A DNA stretch of 64,000 nt from Phaeodactylibacter sp. (GTDB taxonomy: Bacteria > Bacteroidota > Bacteroidia > Chitinophagales > Saprospiraceae), in the NCBI GenBank assembly GCA_024103175.1, contig JAGFJE010000061.1, positions 72-64,071 of the forward strand, written 5' to 3'. A program made the translations under genes and the position numbers. Shown piece by piece: positions 23,531 to 32,258 of this stretch (position 1 is the first letter of the stretch; each line of letters begins with the position of its first letter). Below the pieces are notes generated by a model. That model had not been told where the DNA came from. It saw nothing but the letters and a program-made list of their open reading frames with translations, and ran no database searches.

Positions 23531-24040
23531 TCATTTTACCTCTTTATTCATTACCCCATGATTGATGAGCAGATTATATAAGGTTGATACCCTTTGAAGG
23601 ACATCTTGATTTGTTGGTTGATATACAACTTCGCTTAGATCACCTTTAAAATAGTCCATATCCGTAGTTTCAAAATCACGTTGGAAACTTTCGATTAGCG
23701 GCACGAGCTTTTCCTTTACAATACTATGCCATGTTGGATCAATAAGCACGAATATTTCATCTTCACCATACGGATAACTTTTTCGGTAATTTCTCCATTG
23801 ATTTTCAAATTCTTCAAGCAATTTGAAAGATCTTGAACTAAGAATATTTGCGCCCCATTTCTCATTTATAAGAGGAGTCAGCTTATATTCCATGTATAAA
23901 TCTTCGAGTGCACAGGAATAGGCCATTTTTTCCTGTTTAACTATTTTGATTAAATAGTCGTAAATATTTAACAATATTCTTTTTTCTTCCTCTAAATTCG
24001 AGTTGATCTGATTTAGAATATATTGTGGTGTATCGTACAT
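23531..24040 (-). CDS. Hypothetical protein, paralog 1 of 3 (candidate cognate immunity protein)
   Basis: ATG at 24040 lies 5 nt after the upstream stop. The ORF-track TTG start at 24049 would overlap that stop. No signal peptide. Apparently helical and acidic. Confidence 0.6.
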   Translation of the reverse strand: MYDTPQYILNQINSNLEEEKRILLNIYDYLIKIVKQEKMAYSCALEDLYMEYKLTPLINEKWGANILSSRSFKLLEEFENQWRNYRKSYPYGEDEIFVLIDPTWHSIVKEKLVPLIESFQRDFETTDMDYFKGDLSEVVYQPTNQDVLQRVSTLYNLLINHGVMNKEVK

Positions 24041-24045
24041 AAAAT

Positions 24046-24978
24046 TCAATTGAAAAAATTGTTTAAAAATGAATCTGTAATATCATCCAAAGGAATGTGA
24101 GCTGCTGGAGAATTTCCAGGAACTGGGTTTCCATTGATGTCGATGAAACTGTTGCCTTTATGGCATTTTACATATTTTACATGTTGAGAGGGCCACGGAG
24201 AATTGGGATTAGCATCCATGATCCTTAAGTGATGATTACTCGTTTTCTCCCAATATAGCCCTTGTCCATACGCCAATTTCGATCCCGGCAGATCCTTCCA
24301 GCTCTTCGGCATCTTATTGAGTATCCTCTGCCCGCCGGCTGTTGTAAAGAGCCTGTTCCACAGTACAAAAACTTTTTTCACTTTCTTCCACGCATCCCGG
24401 ATATTATCGGCCTTCCTTATCACCTTGATCACCTCATCTCCGGGCACTATGGAGCCGACGATGCCCACAATTCCCCAAAAGTAGCTCCCGGCCTGGAAAT
24501 CATTATAGGCGCCGACCAGGTCTCCTATCCCAGGTGTAAACTCCAGTAAGATCGGGAACAACTCTTCCTGAAACACTTCCATTGCAAGCTGCCACAGATA
24601 AGGGTCATCCGGATCCTCGCCCACTTCTTCCATGAAAGCCTCGTACATTACTGCCGCAGCAAGGTACACATCCGCTCCATATTGATGTATAAACGCTTCA
24701 ATGTCTACATTGGCCGCAGCGTAATTGGGATAGTTGGCGAGGAGGTATTCGTGTTTAAGCCTGGCATATACACCCAATGCCACCAATACCTCTCCGTTAT
24801 GCTTACAACTTTGCGAAGCCGAAAGTTTTTCTTCGTAAGCCGACTCGGCCTGGAAGCCCAGTAAGGAGGGGTAGCCCGCCTCGTTTCCTACTACCGAATA
24901 ACTGATAAGCACTATACCACAGAGCAGCCACCCTCTTAGCATGTTTTTAGTTTTCAGGATTTGATGTTTACTTTTCAT
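24046..24978 (-). CDS. Signal-peptide protein with a pre-toxin-TG-like segment and an unassigned ~120-aa C-terminal module (candidate polymorphic toxin)
   Basis: N-terminal hydrophobic signal (MLRGWLLCGIVLISYSVVG). LLEFTPGIGDLVGAYNDFQAGSYFWGIVGIVGSIVPG resembles my recollection of the PT-TG motif. The C-terminal tip is ...SNHHLRIMDANPNSPWPSQHVKYVKCHKGNSFIDINGNPVPGNSPAAHIPLDD. Hand G+C counts fall from 55-57% (24421-24660) to 35-37% (24061-24180) within the gene. Confidence 0.55.
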   Translation of the reverse strand: MKSKHQILKTKNMLRGWLLCGIVLISYSVVGNEAGYPSLLGFQAESAYEEKLSASQSCKHNGEVLVALGVYARLKHEYLLANYPNYAAANVDIEAFIHQYGADVYLAAAVMYEAFMEEVGEDPDDPYLWQLAMEVFQEELFPILLEFTPGIGDLVGAYNDFQAGSYFWGIVGIVGSIVPGDEVIKVIRKADNIRDAWKKVKKVFVLWNRLFTTAGGQRILNKMPKSWKDLPGSKLAYGQGLYWEKTSNHHLRIMDANPNSPWPSQHVKYVKCHKGNSFIDINGNPVPGNSPAAHIPLDDITDSFLNNFFN

Positions 24979-25018
24979 TCATCTATCATGAGATGCTTTT
25001 AAGCGCCTCTGACAAACA

Positions 25019-25066
25019 CTGCCGGGTTGTTCTGAGGGGAGCCTGGCCAAAACCCGGCAGGTTAAG
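25019..25066. repeat. Hairpin element, copy 1 (CTGCCGGGTT ... AACCCGGCAG GTTAAG)
   Basis: 10-bp perfect stem 25019-25028 / 25051-25060. The 20-mer CCAAAACCCGGCAGGTTAAG (25047-25066) is identical to 26878-26897. Confidence 0.8.
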
Positions 25067-25081
25067 CATCTAACAATCAAG

Positions 25082-25134
25082 CAATATAGCCATATAACAA
25101 TATAGCCATATAACAATATAGCCATATAACAATT
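25082..25134. repeat. 3.3 tandem copies of the 16-mer CAATATAGCCATATAA
   Basis: Perfect copies at 25082-25097, 25098-25113 and 25114-25129, plus a partial copy. The array starts 5 nt past the dihydropyrimidinase stop. Confidence 0.95.
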
Positions 25135-25138
25135 ACCC

Positions 25139-26521
25139 CTACACCACCTTCGACGCCTTCCCCCTCCTCACAAACTGCCCATACCCCTTCTTAATTTTCA
25201 CCTCCCCCTTATCAATAGCCACTTCCCCCCTCAATATCACCGTCTCACATTTGCCCTTCACCTTCCAGCCCTCGTAGGCGGAGTAGTCCACGTTCATGTG
25301 GTGGGTTTTTGCCGAAAGCTCGTGTTGCTTTTCCGGGTCGAAGATCACCAGGTCGGCGTCGGAGCCGGCGGCGATGCAGCCTTTCCGGGGGTACATGCCA
25401 AAGATCTTTGCCGGGTTGGTGGAGGTCACTTCCACGTACTTATTGGCGCTGATGCGGCCCTTCTCCACGCCTTCCGACCAGAGCAGTTCCATGCGGTGCT
25501 CGATGGCGGGGTGGCCGTTGGGAATTTTCGAAAAATCATCCTTGCCCATCATCTTCTGCTCCCATTTGAAGGGGCAGTGGTCGGTGGCTACGACCTGGAC
25601 CAGCCCCTGGTTGAGGCCGGCCCAGAGCGTCTCCTGGTCTTTTTTCTGGCGTAGGGGCGGGCTCATCACCCACTTTGCGCCTTCGGGGTTCTTCTCGTAG
25701 AGGGAGGCGTCGAGCAGCAGGTACTGGATGCAGGTTTCGACAAATACCTTCTGGTTGCGGTAGGTGGCCTCGCGCACCTGATTGAGGGCGCCCTCGCAGG
25801 TGAGGTGCACGATGTAGGCGGGCACGCCGGTGTAGTGGGCCAGGTCGACAAACCGCCCGGAAGCCTCGGCCTCAGTTACTTCCGGCTGCGACAAGTAGTG
25901 GTACAAGGGGGAGAGCTTGCCTTCCGCCCGGTGTTGGGCGATCAGGCTGTCGATCATATCGCCGTTGGTGGCGTGCACCGTCACCATGCCGCCCCGTTCT
26001 TTCACCTCCTGCATCAGGCCCACCATCTGGCCGTCGTCGATCATCAGGGCGCCCTTGTAGGCCATGAAGGCCTTGAAGGAGGTGATGCCTTCCTTTTCGA
26101 TCAGTTGCCCCACCTCCTTTCGCGTGGATTCATTGAAATCCGTGACCGCCATGTGGAAGGAGTAATCGCTGAAGCAGTTGCCGTCGGAGCGGCCGCGCCA
26201 GGCGTCCAGGGCGTGGTAGAGGGGCTTGCCTTGAGTCTGTAGTACGAAGTCGATCACCATGGTGGTGCCGCCGTGCAGGGCCGCCCGCGTGCCCGTCTCG
26301 TAGCTGTCGCTGGAAAAGGCGCCCATAAAGGGCATGTCGAGGTGCACGTGGGGGTCGATGCCGCCGGGAAAGATGATCTTGCCCGTGGCGTCGATGGTTT
26401 GGCTGGCGCGCACGTTCAGGTTCTTGCCGATGGCCTGAATGCGTTCGCCTTCTATATAGATGTCGGCATGATAATCGTCTGAAGCGGTGAGTATCCGTGC
26501 GTTTATGATAAGGATGGACAT
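25139..26521 (-). CDS. Dihydropyrimidinase (D-hydantoinase family)
   Basis: 460 aa cyclic amidohydrolase: GGIDPHVHLDMPFMG metal-binding HxH motif, carboxylated-Lys region FKAFMAYKG, ATDHCPF. Confidence 0.9.
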   Translation of the reverse strand: MSILIINARILTASDDYHADIYIEGERIQAIGKNLNVRASQTIDATGKIIFPGGIDPHVHLDMPFMGAFSSDSYETGTRAALHGGTTMVIDFVLQTQGKPLYHALDAWRGRSDGNCFSDYSFHMAVTDFNESTRKEVGQLIEKEGITSFKAFMAYKGALMIDDGQMVGLMQEVKERGGMVTVHATNGDMIDSLIAQHRAEGKLSPLYHYLSQPEVTEAEASGRFVDLAHYTGVPAYIVHLTCEGALNQVREATYRNQKVFVETCIQYLLLDASLYEKNPEGAKWVMSPPLRQKKDQETLWAGLNQGLVQVVATDHCPFKWEQKMMGKDDFSKIPNGHPAIEHRMELLWSEGVEKGRISANKYVEVTSTNPAKIFGMYPRKGCIAAGSDADLVIFDPEKQHELSAKTHHMNVDYSAYEGWKVKGKCETVILRGEVAIDKGEVKIKKGYGQFVRRGKASKVV

Positions 26522-26848
26522 AGGTTTTACCTCTTGGTGTTAAGCGTTGATGAGCTGAATTCGTCTAAATTTAGTTCAAAATTCCTAAAACTACTAAAAG
26601 GAGGGCGAGGAAAAGCTCAACAGCCTAATGTTCAGATGGAGTAAGAACGTGAGGGCTACCCGTCTAAGGTTAGACAGCAGCAGAAGGTAGAACCCAGGAG
26701 TCTTAGGGAATGCGCCACCTGGGGCGCCCCGCCAGGGTGCGGTTTTCCACCGTGGCCTGGCTTAAGGAGCAAAAAGGACGATATCCGGCATCTCCGATAA
26801 ACCTGCCTGCCCGCCTGGCTAGGCGCCAGCCGGCCTGGCAGGCAGGCG

Positions 26849-26897
26849 CTGCCGGGTTATGCCAAATAGGGCCAACCCCAAAACCCGGCAGGTTAAG
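26849..26897. repeat. Hairpin element, copy 2, overlapping the NCS1 permease stop codon
   Basis: Stem CTGCCGGGTT (26849-26858) / AACCCGGCAG (26882-26891). The shared 20-mer is at 26878-26897, and the permease stop (TAA) is the TTA at 26893-26895. It is preceded by a second GC-rich hairpin, CCTGCCTGCC (26802-26811) / GGCAGGCAGG (26837-26846). Confidence 0.8.
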
Positions 26898-28362
26898 GCT
26901 GCTTTTTCAATTGCATCAACGCCCAATAAAGCCCGAAAGCCACGAAAAACGTCACAAACCAGGCGTAGGAATACAAGTCCATCCAGAACGCACCAATGCT
27001 TTCCGCCGGTATGAGGTAAACCGTGGCCAAAAAACCGGGAAGCACCGGCAGCAGGCTCACCGCAAAAGCGATCCACGCCCGCTGGTTCCACCCCTTGTAG
27101 ATGCCGCCCAGCCGGAACAGCTGCGCCAGGTCGAGCTCCGTCTTGCGGATGATGTAGTAATCGCAGATCATCACGCCGGCCAGAGCGCCCAGCAGGGCCG
27201 AATAGGCGATCAGCCAGACGAAGATGTAGCCGTGCGGGTCGGCCAGCAGTTTCCACGGAAAAATGATGATGCCGATGATACCGGTGATGTAGCCGCCCAT
27301 GCGGAAGCTGATCTTGCTGGGCATGATGTTGGCGATGCTGTTGGCCGGCGCCACTACGTTGGCGGCAATATTGGTGGAAAGCGTGGCGATGGTCAGCCCG
27401 ATCATAGACAGGGCCACCACCAGCGGGGACTCGAAGCGCGCCAGCAGGGCCACCGGGTCCCAGATGGCCTCTCCGAAGATGATCACCGTGGCGCTCGTCA
27501 CCGCAATGCCGATGAAGGAGAACAATACCATCGTGCCGGGCAGCCCGATGGCCTGGCCGATGATCTGGTCTTTCTGCGTTTTGGCGTAGCGTGTGAAGTC
27601 GGGAATGTTGAGGCTCAGGGTGGCCCAGAAGCCCACCATTGCGGTCAGGCCGGGCCAGAAGATCTTCCAGAATTGCACGTCGGAGCCTTTGGCCAATACG
27701 TAGGACGCATCCAGGATCTGGCTCATGGAGCCCACCCGGAACCACGCCCAGAGCAGCAAGCTCACCCCGATCAGCAGCAGAAAGGGCGCCGCCCAGTTTT
27801 CCAGTTGCTTGATCGACTCGATGCCCCGGTAGATGATCCACATGTTCATCAGCCAGAACAGGAGGAAGCAGAAGAGCTGCCCCAGGTTGAGGCCGATGAG
27901 GCCGCCCAGGTAGGGGCTGCCGGCCAGTCCCGGCCATACGATGAGCAGCAACTGGTAGATGGCCGCCCCGCCGATCCAGGTCTGAATGCCGAACCAGCCG
28001 CAGGCGACCAGCCCCCGGAGCAGGGCCGCCAGCACCGCGCCGTCCACCCCGAAGTTGAGCCGCAGGAATACCGGCAGCGGGATGCCGTACTTGGTGCCCA
28101 CATGGGCGTTGAGGATCATGGGAATGAGCACGATGACATTGCCGAGCAGAATGGTGAGCAGCGCCTGCCACCAGTTCATGCCCTGCTCGATCAAGCTACT
28201 GGCCAGCATATAGGTGGGAATGCATACGGCCATGCCCACCCAGATGGCGGCGATGTTCCAGCGGTTCCAGGTGCGCTCCGCCGCCGGCACCGGGGCGAAG
28301 TCCTCACTGTACAGAGGCGAATCGCTCACGTCCTCTGTAAGCTCAATAATTTCTTCTTTCAT
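26893..28362 (-). CDS. NCS1-family nucleobase:cation symporter (uracil/cytosine/allantoin-type permease)
   Basis: 489 aa polytopic membrane protein. N-terminus NSPLYSEDFAPVPAAERTWNRWNIAAIWVGMAVCIPTYML is typical of NCS1 transporters. Embedded in the pyrimidine cluster. Confidence 0.85.
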   Translation of the reverse strand: MKEEIIELTEDVSDSPLYSEDFAPVPAAERTWNRWNIAAIWVGMAVCIPTYMLASSLIEQGMNWWQALLTILLGNVIVLIPMILNAHVGTKYGIPLPVFLRLNFGVDGAVLAALLRGLVACGWFGIQTWIGGAAIYQLLLIVWPGLAGSPYLGGLIGLNLGQLFCFLLFWLMNMWIIYRGIESIKQLENWAAPFLLLIGVSLLLWAWFRVGSMSQILDASYVLAKGSDVQFWKIFWPGLTAMVGFWATLSLNIPDFTRYAKTQKDQIIGQAIGLPGTMVLFSFIGIAVTSATVIIFGEAIWDPVALLARFESPLVVALSMIGLTIATLSTNIAANVVAPANSIANIMPSKISFRMGGYITGIIGIIIFPWKLLADPHGYIFVWLIAYSALLGALAGVMICDYYIIRKTELDLAQLFRLGGIYKGWNQRAWIAFAVSLLPVLPGFLATVYLIPAESIGAFWMDLYSYAWFVTFFVAFGLYWALMQLKKQP

Positions 28363-28434
28363 GCTTAATTGGTTGATTCGTCGATTTGTGAATTGGGTTG
28401 ATTAGGAGCAGGCCCGGGGAAGAACGCCGGTGGC

Positions 28435-28500
28435 AACCTAATCAACTCAATCAACCTAATCAACTCAATCAACCTAATCAACCTAATCAACCTAATCAAC

Positions 28501-28510
<10 letters not shown>
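28435..28510. repeat. 8.4 tandem copies of a 9-mer (AACCTAATC / AACTCAATC) overlapping the aminotransferase stop codon
   Basis: Units read at 28435, 28444, 28453 ... 28498. The gene's last codons and stop (GTGGTTGATTAG on the minus strand) are part of the array. An inverse partner GGGTTGATTAGG lies at 28395-28406. Confidence 0.9.
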
Positions 28511-29823
<1,313 letters not shown>

Positions 29824-29837
29824 GGTTTAGATTGAAT

Positions 29838-29913
29838 GAAGGAATGATTGAATTAAGGAATGATTGAATTTTACCCGGAAGAGCCTATGGCGAAGACGGG
29901 GAAGGAATGATTG
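29838..29913. repeat. Three copies of the GAAGGAATGATTG word
   Basis: GAAGGAATGATTGAATT (29838), AAGGAATGATTGAATT (29855), GAAGGAATGATTGG (29901). AAGACGGGGAAGGAATGA (29893-29910) recurs reverse-complemented at 203-220. Confidence 0.85.
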
Positions 29914-30056
29914 GCGTCAATAACCAATCAAACCAATAACCAATGACCAGCCGTGAACAATATTCCTCCCAAGCTCGGGGGCACTGCCAGGACAACAATA
30001 CAGCCATATAACAATTCAACAATATAACCCCATAACTACTGCTTTCCTGCCTAACC

Positions 30057-30108
30057 GAATCAACGAATCAACCAATCAACGAATCAACCAATCAACGAAT
30101 CAACCAAC
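30057..30108. repeat. Three tandem copies of the 16-mer CAACGAATCAACCAAT running into the mmsA stop codon
   Basis: Copies at 30061-30076, 30077-30092 and 30093-30108 (last base differs). The stop codon is at 30108-30110. Confidence 0.9.
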
Positions 30109-31580
30109 TACGTCGTCCAGTCCGTCCACGCTTCCGGGTTCCACTTGGTGGTTGTCTTTTTCAACTGTGTCCAGAAGGGAATGGAGGTTTTTCCGGTGAT
30201 GTCGCCCACGCCGAAGCGCGATTCGTTCCAGCCGCCGAAGGGGAAGGGTTCCCGCGGCACGGGCACGCCGATGTTGACGCCCACCATGCCGGCGCTGACC
30301 TTTTCGGTGACGTACTGGGCCAGGCCGCCGTTCTCGGTGAAAACCGAAGAGGCGTTGCCGTAATTGGAGCTGTTCTCGATGCGGATGGCCTCATCGGCCG
30401 TATTGGCGCGCAGGATGGCCAGTACCGGCCCGAAGACTTCTTCCCGGGCAATGGCCATATCAGGTGTGACGTAGTCGATGACGGTCGGGCCGACGTAAAA
30501 GCCACCTTCCCTGCCCGGCACCGTGGCATTGCGCCCGTCGACCAATACTTTGGCGCCGGCGGCCTCGGCTTCAGTAATATATCGTTCGATGCGTTCTTTG
30601 GCTTCCCTGCTGATCACGGAGCCCAGGTTTTCGCCCGGAATGATCTTACGGGCCTCCTCGCAGATCTTTTCGATGATGTGATCCGTCTTGCCCACCGCCA
30701 CCATGGCGGAGGCCGCCATGCAGCGTTGCCCGGCGCAGCCCGACATGGAAGCGGCGATGTTGGCGGCCGACATGTCCACGTTGGCGTCCGGAAGCACAAT
30801 GAGGTGGTTCTTGGCGCCGCCCAGGCAGAGGGCGCGCTTAAGGTGGGACGTGGCTCGCCGGTAGACGATCTTCGCCACCCGGGTGGAGCCGACAAAGGTT
30901 ACGGCCTTGATGCCCGGGTGGTCGCAGATGGCCTCGACGATTTCCTTGTCTCCGTTCACGATGTTGAAAACGCCATCCGGCAAACCGGCCTGCTTGAGCA
31001 ATTCGGCGATCTTCTGGGCGCTCAGGGGCACCAGCTCCGAAGGTTTCAGGATCATGCAGTTGCCCAGGGACAGGGCGTTGGGGATGGACCAAAGGGGCAC
31101 CATGAACGGGAAGTTGAAAGGAGTGATAGAGGCCACCACGCCCATGGGGACATGAGAAGTGCGGCATTCTACCCCTTTGCTCACTTCCTGCACTTCATCG
31201 CTGATGATCTGCGGCAGGGAGCAGGCAAATTCCGACAGCTCGATGCCCTTGAGGACTTCTGCTTCCGCCTCTTCTCTGGTCTTGCCATTCTCCGCCCGAA
31301 CCAATTCCGCAAGCTCCTCTTTCTGTTCTTCCAGCAATGCCCGAAACCGGAAAAACACCTGCACTCGTTCTTTGACGGTCAGCCCGGCCCATTCCGGCAG
31401 AGCCCGGCTGGCAGCCTCTACGGCTTTGTCCAGTATTTCTTTACCTGACAAGGTAACGGAGGAGATGGTGCTGCCGTCCAGCGGGCTGATGACCGGCATG
31501 GCGCGAGAGCCGTTTTGCAGGAATTCGCCGGCGATGTAATTCTTCGCCTCGGGATAGGATAGGGTAGGTATGCTCATCAC
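30108..31580 (-). CDS. mmsA: CoA-acylating malonate/methylmalonate-semialdehyde dehydrogenase
   Basis: 490 aa ALDH-family protein. NYIAGEF start, catalytic Cys region GCAGQRCMAAS, FVGST. Length and motifs are typical of MmsA. Confidence 0.85.
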   Translation of the reverse strand: MMSIPTLSYPEAKNYIAGEFLQNGSRAMPVISPLDGSTISSVTLSGKEILDKAVEAASRALPEWAGLTVKERVQVFFRFRALLEEQKEELAELVRAENGKTREEAEAEVLKGIELSEFACSLPQIISDEVQEVSKGVECRTSHVPMGVVASITPFNFPFMVPLWSIPNALSLGNCMILKPSELVPLSAQKIAELLKQAGLPDGVFNIVNGDKEIVEAICDHPGIKAVTFVGSTRVAKIVYRRATSHLKRALCLGGAKNHLIVLPDANVDMSAANIAASMSGCAGQRCMAASAMVAVGKTDHIIEKICEEARKIIPGENLGSVISREAKERIERYITEAEAAGAKVLVDGRNATVPGREGGFYVGPTVIDYVTPDMAIAREEVFGPVLAILRANTADEAIRIENSSNYGNASSVFTENGGLAQYVTEKVSAGMVGVNIGVPVPREPFPFGGWNESRFGVGDITGKTSIPFWTQLKKTTTKWNPEAWTDWTT

Positions 31581-31644
31581 TTAGTGGTTTTAAAATGGCA
31601 AGGAACCACTAAATATAAGGGCTTTGCACCAATGAAACAAGCGC

Positions 31645-32202
31645 TTATACAAGGAGGGCGTTTACCGGCGCGGAAATGTTGAATGCAGAAATGGGAATCT
31701 CATCTTCCGGGAAGTAGATCTCCCGGGAACGATACTGGCCTTTAAATGGAGACTGGTACACTTCAATCTCTCGTTTTTCGACATTAACGATCCAATATTC
31801 CGGAATTCGGCCAGCCGCATAGATGGGCAGTTTTGACTGGCGGTCTATTTCCAGGGAAGAATCAGCTACCTCTATGATCAAGATGACATCTTCGGCAGTT
31901 GGATGTTTGTCAGCATAGTAATTCTCTTTTCTTTTTAATATGGCGATATCTGGTTCCGGTTCGGAAAGATCACTCATGATCACCGGATTTTGAGCCCTTA
32001 CCAGAGCTAATCCAGAAAGCACTCGCCTCAGAAATTCGTCCGTTTTATCTACGCAGGCCGCATGTTTACTTCCAATCGGGCTCGTCTTGATGATTTTGCC
32101 GTTCAGCAATTCAACCCTGTCATCCGGCTTCAGGATGCCCGCCTCTGCCATTTTGTGGTATTCCTCGACCGTAATCAGCCGTTGTTCGAGTAGAATTTCC
32201 AT
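31645..32202 (-). CDS. Uma2 (DUF820) family putative endonuclease
   Basis: 185 aa. EPEPDIAI...VILIIEVADSS...D...K...YAAGRIPEYWIV matches the PD-(D/E)xK-like Uma2 pattern. Confidence 0.75.
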   Translation of the reverse strand: MEILLEQRLITVEEYHKMAEAGILKPDDRVELLNGKIIKTSPIGSKHAACVDKTDEFLRRVLSGLALVRAQNPVIMSDLSEPEPDIAILKRKENYYADKHPTAEDVILIIEVADSSLEIDRQSKLPIYAAGRIPEYWIVNVEKREIEVYQSPFKGQYRSREIYFPEDEIPISAFNISAPVNALLV

Positions 32203-32258
32203 AAATGTGGATTAAGTTTACCCGCCTCAAGATACAAAATTATTGCATGAGAAAGCGG

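Noticed and set aside
22431-25010. Calling the low-GC cassette a mobile element, prophage remnant or integrative island.
   Set aside because: No integrase, transposase, tRNA target or terminal inverted repeats were seen. Only a 50-nt internal direct repeat is present, so it is reported as an inserted cassette of unknown mobility.
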